This document shows positions 8,210-17,529 of a stretch of 64,000 bases of DNA, piece by piece. The position numbers and the translations under genes are program-made. The stretch covers positions 6,988-70,987 of the IMG/VR virus record IMGVR_UViG_3300005546_000011; one strand, given 5' to 3'. Position 1 is the stretch's first letter; each line of letters opens with the position of its first letter. The DNA is from a virus. Taxonomy: Duplodnaviria > Caudoviricetes. Under the pieces are notes generated by a model. That model was given only the letters and a program-made list of their open reading frames with translations. It made no database searches and was not told where the DNA came from.

Positions 8210-10256
8210 GCGCGAGGGCCTGTTGACCAGCTATCAAAATATCGCTTCACCTGACGAGCAGCTCGTGACCGACCTTCAGAGCTGCATCAGCGCGCCGTCC
8301 ATCATTGAACGTGAACAAGCGATCATCCGCCAGGCGATCGACGTTGAGACGAACGTCGTCAAGCGGGACCTGCTGTGGTGGGAGCACGACTTCCTTCGCG
8401 ACTATATCGAGCGCGCCGCGCACGTTGCCGGCGTCCGGCTTGAATATCTGGATTCCCTCGACACTGACGAGAAGCGGGAGGTGGAGCTTGAGACGTGCGA
8501 GCGTGACGTTGTCCACTGGTTTCAGTATTGGGCTTGGGGTCTTGACCCGCGCGTGACCGCGCTTCCTGTTGTGCCGTTCTACCCGTTCAAGTTTCAAGAG
8601 GCCGCTATCCGCAAACTCGATGAGTGGATTCTGGTGAAGCGCACGACCGGACTGATCGACAAGTCGCGCGATGAGGGAGCTAGCTGGATCGCGACCGATC
8701 TCTCGGTCCACCATTGGCGATTCATTCCGCAGTTCCAGTGTCTTTTCGGCTCGTACATCGAGGACCTGATCGACTCGAAAAAGAATCCCAAAGCGTTACT
8801 TGAAAAGGTGCGCTTTCAACTCCGACGCCTGCCGTCCTGGATGCTTCCGCGCGGCTTCGTGATGGACAAGCACACGGGCTACATGAAGATCACAAACCCG
8901 GAGACCGAGGCGCTGATCGAAGGCGCGGCGCCCACGATCAACTTCGGGCGCGCGGGGCGATACACCGTCATCTTTTACGATGAGTTTCCCGCTTGGGCTT
9001 TCGGGGGATACCCGCAGTGGACTGCCTCAAGCCAGTCCTCGCGGGCGAAGGTTCTAATCTTTACGCCCAAAGGGAAAGCCAACAAAGCTGCCGATTTGCG
9101 CTTCAGTGGCAAAGTGGAGGTAATGTCGCTTCACTGGAAGAAGCATCCGTTCAAGAACAAAGACAACCGCTGGTACGATGGCCAAGCGCTCTCGATGGAC
9201 GCGGTTGAGATCGCTCAAGAGCTAGATATCGACTACGAGGCCTCGCAGCCTGGACGTATCTTCCCGATGTGGCATGAGGCGTTCCACGTCATCACCTGGT
9301 CGGAGTTCGAAGCGGTCTACGGTGTTGACCACATACCTACAACGTGGAATCTGTGTCGTGCGCAGGATGTAGGTACAAGCGAAGGTCACGAGAACGTGAC
9401 CGCCTGGGCGGCGAGGCCGCGCAAGAACGACAAATACAACGACACGGTGTTCTTCTATCGGGAATTTGCCGCTCCAACGGACTGGACGGTTGGCGAGATC
9501 GCGGAGGGGAGATGGGACAAGCAACGTCTCGTCGCGCCCGGGATCTGGCAACGTGAGAAGCCGCTCAAAGAAAATGAGCGCATGACGTTCTCGCTGATCT
9601 CGTGGGAAGCCGAAAGTGAGCGGCGCACCTACGCGCAGGACTGCAAGCGCTACCCGATTCACTTCACGCGCATTCAGAAACCTGGGCCAAACGAGGGTCT
9701 GGCGGAGATGCGCAACGGAATGCAGCTGCTCGCCGAGCCGCATCCGTTTGCGAGGCACCCAAAGACGGGCGAGTACCTGTTCGGCCGACCGCGCCACGTT
9801 ATCATCGTTCCCGATGCGCAGGGTCTGCTGCAAGTGGACGCGGAAGATAACCTTTTCCGCACGCCGGCAGTCGATGAGGAAGGCATGGTCACCGCGCGGT
9901 TCGAGATCCCGCTCTACCACTATCCGGTGACTGAGAAAGACAAGCCGGTCGGGCTGAGGAAGCCGTTCAAGCGTGCAGACAACTGGATCGACGATGCCCG
10001 TTACATCTGGCGGAAGTGGGGACCGCCGCCCGCCGACGCGACGAAGCGCGAACAAATCGAAGCGGCGCTACCAGAAAGCCTGCAAACCCAGAACCTGCCG
10101 AAGCCTGAAGAGGTGGCCGCAATGACCGAGGGCCAGAAGGAAGAACTGATGGCGCTGTTGATGTCCCGCGACCGTGAGGCCCGAAAGGCGGAGCAGAAGC
10201 TCGAGGTGAAGCAGGCTCGTCACTGGCGCAGGAAAGGGCCGCGCGGTAAGCGTTGA
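8106..10256 (+). CDS. terL: Terminase large subunit
   Basis: PFYPFKFQ, Walker A-like DKSRDEGASW, Walker B VIFYDEF, C-terminal nuclease Asp motif DNWIDDARY; AGGAGG SD before TTG. Confidence 0.88.
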   Translation: MTHLRVPHFAKLSNAGGGLSDSTLIAPAIRGLRRRREGLLTSYQNIASPDEQLVTDLQSCISAPSIIEREQAIIRQAIDVETNVVKRDLLWWEHDFLRDYIERAAHVAGVRLEYLDSLDTDEKREVELETCERDVVHWFQYWAWGLDPRVTALPVVPFYPFKFQEAAIRKLDEWILVKRTTGLIDKSRDEGASWIATDLSVHHWRFIPQFQCLFGSYIEDLIDSKKNPKALLEKVRFQLRRLPSWMLPRGFVMDKHTGYMKITNPETEALIEGAAPTINFGRAGRYTVIFYDEFPAWAFGGYPQWTASSQSSRAKVLIFTPKGKANKAADLRFSGKVEVMSLHWKKHPFKNKDNRWYDGQALSMDAVEIAQELDIDYEASQPGRIFPMWHEAFHVITWSEFEAVYGVDHIPTTWNLCRAQDVGTSEGHENVTAWAARPRKNDKYNDTVFFYREFAAPTDWTVGEIAEGRWDKQRLVAPGIWQREKPLKENERMTFSLISWEAESERRTYAQDCKRYPIHFTRIQKPGPNEGLAEMRNGMQLLAEPHPFARHPKTGEYLFGRPRHVIIVPDAQGLLQVDAEDNLFRTPAVDEEGMVTARFEIPLYHYPVTEKDKPVGLRKPFKRADNWIDDARYIWRKWGPPPADATKREQIEAALPESLQTQNLPKPEEVAAMTEGQKEELMALLMSRDREARKAEQKLEVKQARHWRRKGPRGKR

Positions 10257-10258
10257 AC

Positions 10259-10277
10259 TTGACGCGGCTCTTACACT
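10259..10277 (+). promoter_or_regulatory. N7-spaced promoter-like motif TTGACG-N7-TACACT
   Basis: Intergenic, immediately after the terL stop. Confidence 0.65.
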
Positions 10278-10316
10278 CTTCGCGCCACTTAACCACTAAC
10301 CCGGAGGGCTTTCACA

Positions 10317-10898
10317 ATGCACAAGGTGTTCTATGAATCCGACTTCCAGAATGCGCTCGCTCACAAGGAATGGCTCGACTCGCTGTTCAACGTGTTGAGA
10401 CTCGAAGAAGACACAGCCGAACCAGGTCCGGGCGGGGGCTTTGTTCAGGCAGTGCCGAAACCGCTCGAAGAACCCGAGCAGACCCGCACGCGAGTCGCGG
10501 TTGCACTTGGCCTCGCGCCAGTCAGGTTGCTCGGTGACGCGGCGACATCCCCGGACAGGCTGGCGTTGAGAATCCGTCAACGGTTGTATCCAAAGCTCGA
10601 TCGCGTTGAGGCGGAGCCAGCGGCCGAAGCAAGCGAACCGCCAGCGGCCGAAGAGACAGCCGCCGAAGAGACAGCCGCGCCGCCGAAGGGCGAGCTGCCA
10701 AAGAGTCTAGGCCCGAAAGTGCTTGAGATCCTCGGTGCTCTCGATCCTCCGGTTCACACGTTCCATCAGCTGCGCAAACTGATCGCGACAGGCACGGAAG
10801 AAAGGCCGTGGTATCAGGATATCAAGGGCATCGGACCGGAGACGGCAGCCACTCTGGAAGCGGCAGCCGTTGCCGCGCCACCCGACGAAGAGGAATAG
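10317..10898 (+). CDS. Hypothetical protein with C-terminal helix-hairpin-helix motif
   Basis: IKGIGPETAATL HhH signature; GGAGG SD. Confidence 0.6.
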   Translation: MHKVFYESDFQNALAHKEWLDSLFNVLRLEEDTAEPGPGGGFVQAVPKPLEEPEQTRTRVAVALGLAPVRLLGDAATSPDRLALRIRQRLYPKLDRVEAEPAAEASEPPAAEETAAEETAAPPKGELPKSLGPKVLEILGALDPPVHTFHQLRKLIATGTEERPWYQDIKGIGPETAATLEAAAVAAPPDEEE

Positions 10899-11394
10899 CC
10901 TGGCGATCAACCTTGCAAGACTCTTCGCCTACACACGCGCCGTCGAAGATCGAGCCCTTGGTTTGAAGAAGCAGCTCGAAGACGGCGTGGCGGAGGAGCG
11001 TACCCGTCACGAGGGCGAGATGAAGCGCTTGAAAGCGGCGTTCTCGGAAGAGCGCGAAACGCTGCGCGAGCAGGTCAGGCAGCTTACGTCGCAAGTTGAG
11101 GCCGAGCGGAAGGAACGGGGCTATCTGAACGATCGCCTCTGCCAGAAGCTCGGCCTTGCTCCCATTCACGAAGCGTCACCGGGCGAGGCGGCACTCAAGC
11201 AGGAGCGAGCAAACGATTCCAAGATAGTGAGGGGCGGCCCGCGAGCGACGGCGATTGCGGCAGGGTCCGAGGCGTTCAAGCGACAGAAGGAAGCCGTAGA
11301 CACCGAGGTCGCGCAGTTCGTCAAGGATCAAGGATCTCAGCAGCAGCACCCACCGGCAAACGATGGCTCTTCGGGCAATTCAGACAATCGATGA
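10870..11394 (+). CDS. Coiled-coil hypothetical protein
   Basis: Long heptad run; precedes the portal gene. Confidence 0.55.
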   Translation: MPRHPTKRNSLAINLARLFAYTRAVEDRALGLKKQLEDGVAEERTRHEGEMKRLKAAFSEERETLREQVRQLTSQVEAERKERGYLNDRLCQKLGLAPIHEASPGEAALKQERANDSKIVRGGPRATAIAAGSEAFKRQKEAVDTEVAQFVKDQGSQQQHPPANDGSSGNSDNR

Positions 11395-13975
11395 TGCTCC
11401 GTTTGGCAAGCTGCTCACGGCCGAAGGCAAGCAGCGTGCGAACGAGCGCCTGACCGCGCTTCGTCAGCGGTGGGAGAACGTCCAACCAGACACCTTCATC
11501 AACACCCTGTTCGACCGCGCGGTCGAATACTCCCGCTACAGCGACATCCAACGCATTCGCATCTGGGACCGCAATCTCAAGTACTACAAGGGCAATCATC
11601 TTGGGCACTGGGACAAGGGCTCGCCGTGGTGGGTGATCGACGATCCCTCGACGGCTGAGGGCGTATACCGGATCAACCTCTACAACTTCTTCATTCGCTC
11701 GATCGAGGCGCTCTGGTCGAAGTCGAATACGAAGATTGAGTTCAGGGCTCGCGACGACAGCCCGCAAAGCGTTGGCGCGGCCAAGGTGGCCGGCACGCTG
11801 TGGGCGAGTTGGGCCGGCAGGCGGTGGGGCGCAATGCTTCGACACCTGGAGTCGAAGCACGCGCAGATCACGGGCAACTATCTCAGGCGGCACTATTACT
11901 CAAGTGAGTCCGGCGCAAAGGCGTGGCGGCCAAAGACCGAGGACGTGCCCATCAGCGGTGAGGACGAAGGGTATCTGTGCAGTGAGTGCGGAATGGCGGG
12001 GCCGCTGTCGGCTAATAACGAGCAAGGCACGCTGCAAGGCACTGGGATGATGACGGGGGCCACGATGCCGCCGGCCAGTCCTGACGGGTCGTGTCCGGGT
12101 TGCGGCTCGCGCAACGTTGATCAGTTTGGCCTGCCGCCTATGACGATGACGATTGTCACCGGGCAGGAAGAGTTCGACCCGGGTGATCCGATGGTCGAGG
12201 TCGTTGATCCGATGGAGGGAACGCTGCACCTCCACAGCCAGACCTTTGAGGCGAGCCCGTGGTTTATCCGGCATAGGTTGTTCGCCTCTGAAATCCTCGA
12301 AGCTCACTTTCCGTGGGCCGAGATCCCACGCGCGCAGACAACGGACCTTCGTTTGATCTATCAGCGCATGGCCAATCTGGACCCCGGGAGCGATTACTCG
12401 CCTCTGACGGACGGAAGCCTACAGAACATGGGCGAGCTTGAAGAGGGTTGGATCGAGCCGGTCGAGTACGCCCACTACATCACGCCACGCACGATTTCAG
12501 GCGAGATCAATCTTCCGCCAAACACCGCAATGATCGAGATGTTCCCGGACGGGTTCTACGGCCAGCGGATTGGCCGACGCATCGTTGACGGCCCGTGGCC
12601 GGCGGAAAAGAACTACGAGTGGGTACACGGACGGTTTGACGTTGTAATGCAGTCGATCTGGGGACGCGGGCAGGATGACGCGCTTGGAGCAAACGAGCGC
12701 CTCGAAGAAGAGGGTTCGCTTGCGTTTGAGATCGCGATGCACCAGGCCTCGAGCCCGATGGCGATCAACCCGTTTATGTACAGCCCGGAAGACGTCGACG
12801 GGCATCCGCGGTCGGTGATGGTGATGAAGAACGCGGACGCGGAGGCTGACCCCGGTAAGGGCATCTGGCAGGGGCAGTCGCAGACCGGAGGGATCGGCGC
12901 GCTCGATAGGATGATGGATCGCGACGAGCAGAACATGCAGAAAATGTTCAGCGCGTTTGCGAGCATGATGGGCGACTCGGAGCATAGAGGCGATCCGGCC
13001 GCACGCACCGCGATCTTGCGCGACCAGGCTATCCAGATGCACGCCTCGCCGCTTGAGTTGAAAGAAGAAGCCGACGCCGCTTCGGCAAAACGAGTCGTGC
13101 GGCTGTATCAGGAGCACTGGGAAGGCAGCCGCATTATCTTCACCAAAGGCGACTACGACGACCAGGAAGGGAAGTACTTCGCGCGCTCAGACGTGCAGGG
13201 CGACTTCGAGGTTGTCGCGGTACGGGGTTCCTCGACGCCGCGCGGCGAAGCTGAACGGCGCGCAGCGGTGATCGAGGCGGCTGAATTCGGGGGCGTTCCG
13301 GGCGGGCTGTTCAACGAGCAAGCGTGGAAACCGAAGGTGCGGCGCTTTGCCCTGACTGAGATGGGCTTGCAATACGACCTTGACGACGCGGGGCCGGACT
13401 ATCGCAAGCAGCAGATGGAGATCAGGCGACTGGTTGAGATTACGGACCAGGTGGTCCAGAGCTTCGAAGAGCAAGGCATTCCGGCGCTTGTTCCCGGAGA
13501 GCAAGGCGAACCTGCGCCAAACGAAATGCTGGCGCTGTTTCTGGCGCGCAAGATCCCGGTCGAGATTGCAAGCCCGCCAGGGATGCCGGGCGTGGGCATA
13601 TCGATCGACAACGACGACGTGCACATCTCGTGCGTCAACGAGTGGCTGTTGAAAGACGAAGGCATGCAGGCCCATCCGGTGTTGAGGCGCGCGCTGATGA
13701 TGCACCTGCAGGAGCACATTCGGGCAGCCTTGATGACCGCTCAATACAAGTCGGCGCTGTCGGTTGCGGCGGCAGGACCGGAGCGAGCAGCCGCGCAGGA
13801 AGACGCCGCCGTGAACGCCGATATCGAGGCGCGAGCGAAGGGCGGGCAGCCACCGGCGCCGGCGAAAGAGGCCGGGCCGGATTCCGGGAAGAAAACAGCC
13901 GAGAAGAGCGCGGCCAACAGGCCGTCGAGTGACGAGCTTCAGCGGCGCACGGCCAAGGAGGCGCAACCCGCTTAG
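11363..13975 (+). CDS. Portal protein (large, P22-like size) with Zn-ribbon insertion
   Basis: 870 aa between terL and scaffold/capsid; CSEC...CPGC insertion; low-complexity C-terminal tail. Confidence 0.8.
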   Translation: MALRAIQTIDDAPFGKLLTAEGKQRANERLTALRQRWENVQPDTFINTLFDRAVEYSRYSDIQRIRIWDRNLKYYKGNHLGHWDKGSPWWVIDDPSTAEGVYRINLYNFFIRSIEALWSKSNTKIEFRARDDSPQSVGAAKVAGTLWASWAGRRWGAMLRHLESKHAQITGNYLRRHYYSSESGAKAWRPKTEDVPISGEDEGYLCSECGMAGPLSANNEQGTLQGTGMMTGATMPPASPDGSCPGCGSRNVDQFGLPPMTMTIVTGQEEFDPGDPMVEVVDPMEGTLHLHSQTFEASPWFIRHRLFASEILEAHFPWAEIPRAQTTDLRLIYQRMANLDPGSDYSPLTDGSLQNMGELEEGWIEPVEYAHYITPRTISGEINLPPNTAMIEMFPDGFYGQRIGRRIVDGPWPAEKNYEWVHGRFDVVMQSIWGRGQDDALGANERLEEEGSLAFEIAMHQASSPMAINPFMYSPEDVDGHPRSVMVMKNADAEADPGKGIWQGQSQTGGIGALDRMMDRDEQNMQKMFSAFASMMGDSEHRGDPAARTAILRDQAIQMHASPLELKEEADAASAKRVVRLYQEHWEGSRIIFTKGDYDDQEGKYFARSDVQGDFEVVAVRGSSTPRGEAERRAAVIEAAEFGGVPGGLFNEQAWKPKVRRFALTEMGLQYDLDDAGPDYRKQQMEIRRLVEITDQVVQSFEEQGIPALVPGEQGEPAPNEMLALFLARKIPVEIASPPGMPGVGISIDNDDVHISCVNEWLLKDEGMQAHPVLRRALMMHLQEHIRAALMTAQYKSALSVAAAGPERAAAQEDAAVNADIEARAKGGQPPAPAKEAGPDSGKKTAEKSAANRPSSDELQRRTAKEAQPA

Positions 13976-13979
13976 CGTT

Positions 13980-13998
13980 TTGACGGCGCGCTTACACT
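13980..13998 (+). promoter_or_regulatory. N7-spaced promoter-like motif TTGACG-N7-TACACT
   Basis: Intergenic after the portal stop. Confidence 0.65.
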
Positions 13999-14019
13999 AG
14001 CTGCGCCAGGGAGGGATCA

Positions 14020-14673
14020 ATGGGAACGTTAATCCTAACAAATGCAGACACCAATTATCGGCTAAGCGATCTCATTCGCGATGGGGCCGTGAAGCCGCCT
14101 GCGCCGGTTGGAGCGCTTGCTGGAGCCGGGGCGGGAAATGTCGAGAACGGTGACCACGGCTACGTGGTCACCTGGGTCACCGCCCAGGGCGAAAGCCTGC
14201 CGGGAGCGGCAGTGGTCGTGACGGTCGTGAACAAAGCCGCTGACGGTAAGGTCGCGTTGAGCGGCATCGCAATAGGCCCACCGGGCACGGCCTCGCGAAA
14301 GGTGTATCGCACGGTGGCAGCGGGCGCTGTGTACAAGCTGCTGACCACACTTGCCGATAACGCAACTACGGTTTACGTCGACAACACGGCGGACGCGAAT
14401 CTGGGAGCTGTTGCGCCTGCAAATGATCTGTCTGGCCTTCCCTACCCTTCGCCGTACTGGGACAACGTGGGAATAATCGCCGACGAAGCCAACACGGCTC
14501 CGGTCCTGCTGGGCGACGGCACGCTATCGGCGGCCAACTGGGACGAGTCAGTGGACCCGGGCGCTGGCAGCAATCGATTTATGAGCGGCGACGTGCCGCT
14601 GATGCCGTCTTCCATCTACGTCAGGAGCGCGATGGCGGGCGCGATAATTCACGTTTCGGGGGTGCAACGATGA
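14020..14673 (+). CDS. Putative virion structural protein (beta-sandwich)
   Basis: YVVTWVTAQGES...RKVYRT...TTVYVDN module common in phage tail/head proteins; GGAGG SD. Confidence 0.55.
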   Translation: MGTLILTNADTNYRLSDLIRDGAVKPPAPVGALAGAGAGNVENGDHGYVVTWVTAQGESLPGAAVVVTVVNKAADGKVALSGIAIGPPGTASRKVYRTVAAGAVYKLLTTLADNATTVYVDNTADANLGAVAPANDLSGLPYPSPYWDNVGIIADEANTAPVLLGDGTLSAANWDESVDPGAGSNRFMSGDVPLMPSSIYVRSAMAGAIIHVSGVQR

Positions 14674-17357
14674 AACGATTCCTGTGGTTAGCGATTGTGC
14701 TGCTGGCGTTGGGGGCGACTGCTTCCGCGCAGGTTACCGGCCCGGCGAGGAAGCTGCGATGGGGCGCGACAGACCCGGCAACGTGCTCGCCCAATGGAGA
14801 CGTGTTTATCAACACGACGACGCACGTGCAGAAGATCTGCTCGTCGACTAACACGTGGACCGCCGTGGGCGGAGCTGGTGGCGGGGATGCGTTTGTTGCA
14901 AGCCCCCTCTCCCAGTTTGCGCCAACGACGTCAGCCCAGCTTGCAGGGGTGTTATCGGATGAGACCGGGAGCGGCGGCGGCTTTGTGCGCGCGACGAGCC
15001 CGACGATCAGCGCCCCGACAATCACCGGGCATCCGGTTATAGAGGGCGTGACCTCCACGGGAGCAACCGGGTCGGGGAAGTTCGTGTTTGGCACGTCTCC
15101 GGATTTCACCACGGGCATAACCATTGGCGGCGTTGCGGTCCCTACGATTTCGAACACCGCCACCCTGACGGGCAAGACCTATGACACCGCTGGAAGCGGG
15201 AACGTTTTCAAGATCAACGGCAGTCAATTCACCAGTATTGGTTCAGGGCTGAATTTGGCGGCAGGGGTATTAACCGCGACGGGAGGAGGCGGCGGAAGCC
15301 CTGGCGGTTCTTCGGGAAACGTCCAGGTCAACAGTAGCGGTTCGTTTGCGGGATTGAGCGGGTCGAGTTTCAGCGGCTCGGACTTGAGCCTTGGGGGCAG
15401 ACTCAATGTCGGTGGCTCGTTTGACGGCGTCTTTGTTGCTCCGACGTTCAGGTCCGCAACCAACGCGCTTTTCTTTATCGGCTCGGAAGACGGAATTCAC
15501 TTCGCCCAACTCAACAAGTACGACGAGCCTTGCTACACGCCCACAAGCCCGCAAATCCTGCGCGATCCGTCGATGATGATTCGCGGTGGCAAAAACTGGA
15601 TCGTGCACACGACGGCCTTCGCGGTGATGAAGAACTTTGCGCTGATTTCCAGTCCGCATCTGTGCAGCGACTGGACGCACATTCAGGATGTGGACACCAG
15701 CGGAGATGCTTTCGTTCAGCGGACGTATGCTCCGGAATGGTTCGTCGATCCTCGCGACGACAGCGTGCACGTTTATTTCGCTGGCGGAAACACGGACGCG
15801 ACGGAATTCAGACTGTTTGAGATTCATCCGACAACATCGGACCTGTCGAGCACGTGGTCCTCGCCGGTTCAGATCACCGGGACAAGCCTGCCGAGTATGA
15901 TTGATCCGTTCGTAGTCCCAGATGGCGCGAGCGGTGTGAAGATTTTCTTCAGCGTCCAGCCGGGCGATGGCTATGTGGGATATTTGACCTGCACGACACT
16001 GACTAGCGGTTGCACCGTCACGCACGGCGGCACTGATTGGGCTGGCTGGGGCAGTGCGATGGAGGGAGCGAACCTGGTCCAGATGGACACGAACCGATGG
16101 CGCGTCTACCTGGATCACTATCCGTCGCTGGGAATCTATTACAGCGAGAGCACGGATGGCTTTGCGACCTGGAGCACCAAGGTTGGGGTTCAGGTTTACG
16201 GTGAAGTTGTGCACCCAACGATCATTCGAACGAGGGATGTTGGGATTGCGACTGAGATGGCTGCGATGGGGCTCGCGCAAAAGAATACGTTCCCTGGTAA
16301 CGTCAACGTTGCTGGCGGATTCACCGCCTCAAATGGGCCGATCATCAGCGGCGGACACCTGAATTCGGGGGCCAACATCTACCTGCCCGGGTGGGAAGAG
16401 TTCGTGAGCTCGACTGCGCCGGCCGGAGCAAGCGGGGTCAGTCGGCTTTACGCAAAGGGAGCGGGCACGGCGAGCAGCCTGTATTTCAAGAAGGGAGACG
16501 GGACGGAGATTGATCTAGCCGCTCTGCCGGGCAGTGTCTCGAGCGTCGGCCAAAGTTTTACCGGTGGGTTGATTTCGGTCGCGGGTTCCCCGATTACTAC
16601 GTCGGGCACTTTGGCTCTGACGGTCGCGGGTACTAGCGGCGGCGTTCCTTACTTTTCAAGTTCGAGCGCGTGGGCCTCGTCTGCCGCGCTGACGGCCAAT
16701 ATGCCGATGATCGGCGGCGGCGCAGGCGCAGCGCCTTCAGTCGGCACCGTTCAGGGCAACACCACGAAGTTCGTGAGCTATGCGGGCTCGGCCCCCGCGA
16801 CTGACGACTGTGCCAAGTTCGACGCGAACGGGAATATCACGACGAACGGGTCTGCCTGCGGGGGCGGCGGCGGCGGTTCTGGAACAGTCAACAGCGGATC
16901 GCAGTACCAGGCTGCCTACTACGCCACTGCGGGAACCGCGGTCAGTGGGGCGAGTTCTTTGGTCACCGATTCGAACAACAACTGGTCGGTGGTTAACCGC
17001 CTCGGAGTTGGAGTCGCACCTTCGACCAATCGCGCCATGACCGTGATGGATGTGTCGAACGGGGCCACGTACTTCCAGTTCAAACAGGCTGGCGCCGCCG
17101 AGACCACGATCGGCGTTGAGACCGGCTCGAAGCAGTTCCTGATCTTCAAGGAGAGCGGCGGCTCTTACCTCTGGTACACGGACCCGAGCGGCAACACCGT
17201 ACAGCTCGGATCGCTATCGACGGTCGATTCAACGAGTGGGCAGGGCCCAGCTTGGAAGCTCGGCGCAAAGAAAACCGCGACAGTGTCTTTAGACACCACT
17301 GGGTATATCGAGGTGAACATCGGAGGCACGACCTACAAGCTTGGGCTTGTGAACTAG
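14670..17357 (+). CDS. Fibre/spike-like protein with signal peptide and GH43-like five-bladed propeller
   Basis: MKRFLWLAIVLLALGATASAQ; LRDPS, YAPEWF, IDPF and MEG motifs; G/S/T-rich fibre segments. Confidence 0.7.
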   Translation: MKRFLWLAIVLLALGATASAQVTGPARKLRWGATDPATCSPNGDVFINTTTHVQKICSSTNTWTAVGGAGGGDAFVASPLSQFAPTTSAQLAGVLSDETGSGGGFVRATSPTISAPTITGHPVIEGVTSTGATGSGKFVFGTSPDFTTGITIGGVAVPTISNTATLTGKTYDTAGSGNVFKINGSQFTSIGSGLNLAAGVLTATGGGGGSPGGSSGNVQVNSSGSFAGLSGSSFSGSDLSLGGRLNVGGSFDGVFVAPTFRSATNALFFIGSEDGIHFAQLNKYDEPCYTPTSPQILRDPSMMIRGGKNWIVHTTAFAVMKNFALISSPHLCSDWTHIQDVDTSGDAFVQRTYAPEWFVDPRDDSVHVYFAGGNTDATEFRLFEIHPTTSDLSSTWSSPVQITGTSLPSMIDPFVVPDGASGVKIFFSVQPGDGYVGYLTCTTLTSGCTVTHGGTDWAGWGSAMEGANLVQMDTNRWRVYLDHYPSLGIYYSESTDGFATWSTKVGVQVYGEVVHPTIIRTRDVGIATEMAAMGLAQKNTFPGNVNVAGGFTASNGPIISGGHLNSGANIYLPGWEEFVSSTAPAGASGVSRLYAKGAGTASSLYFKKGDGTEIDLAALPGSVSSVGQSFTGGLISVAGSPITTSGTLALTVAGTSGGVPYFSSSSAWASSAALTANMPMIGGGAGAAPSVGTVQGNTTKFVSYAGSAPATDDCAKFDANGNITTNGSACGGGGGGSGTVNSGSQYQAAYYATAGTAVSGASSLVTDSNNNWSVVNRLGVGVAPSTNRAMTVMDVSNGATYFQFKQAGAAETTIGVETGSKQFLIFKESGGSYLWYTDPSGNTVQLGSLSTVDSTSGQGPAWKLGAKKTATVSLDTTGYIEVNIGGTTYKLGLVN

Positions 17358-17415
17358 CGTCCCCCTCCCTCCCCCAAGGCCCGCCCCTATAGGAACAGAC
17401 AAACCCCGGCTCCTC

Positions 17416-17430
17416 CCCGCAAATTGCGGG
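17416..17430. promoter_or_regulatory. Dispersed palindrome copy 3
   Basis: CCCGCAAATTGCGGG ending 9 nt upstream of the TTGACG at 17440. Confidence 0.6.
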
Positions 17431-17439
17431 AAGCGGAAC

Positions 17440-17458
17440 TTGACGCCGGGTCTAAACT
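17440..17458 (+). promoter_or_regulatory. N7-spaced promoter-like motif TTGACG-N7-TAAACT
   Basis: Upstream of the scaffold/capsid operon; followed by CTTCGCGC like other copies. Confidence 0.65.
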
Positions 17459-17529
17459 CTTCGCGCTCGCTGCGAACTTACGGCCGGACGCAGACCCCCG
17501 GCTAACACTAACCACGCTGAGAGGCCCTT

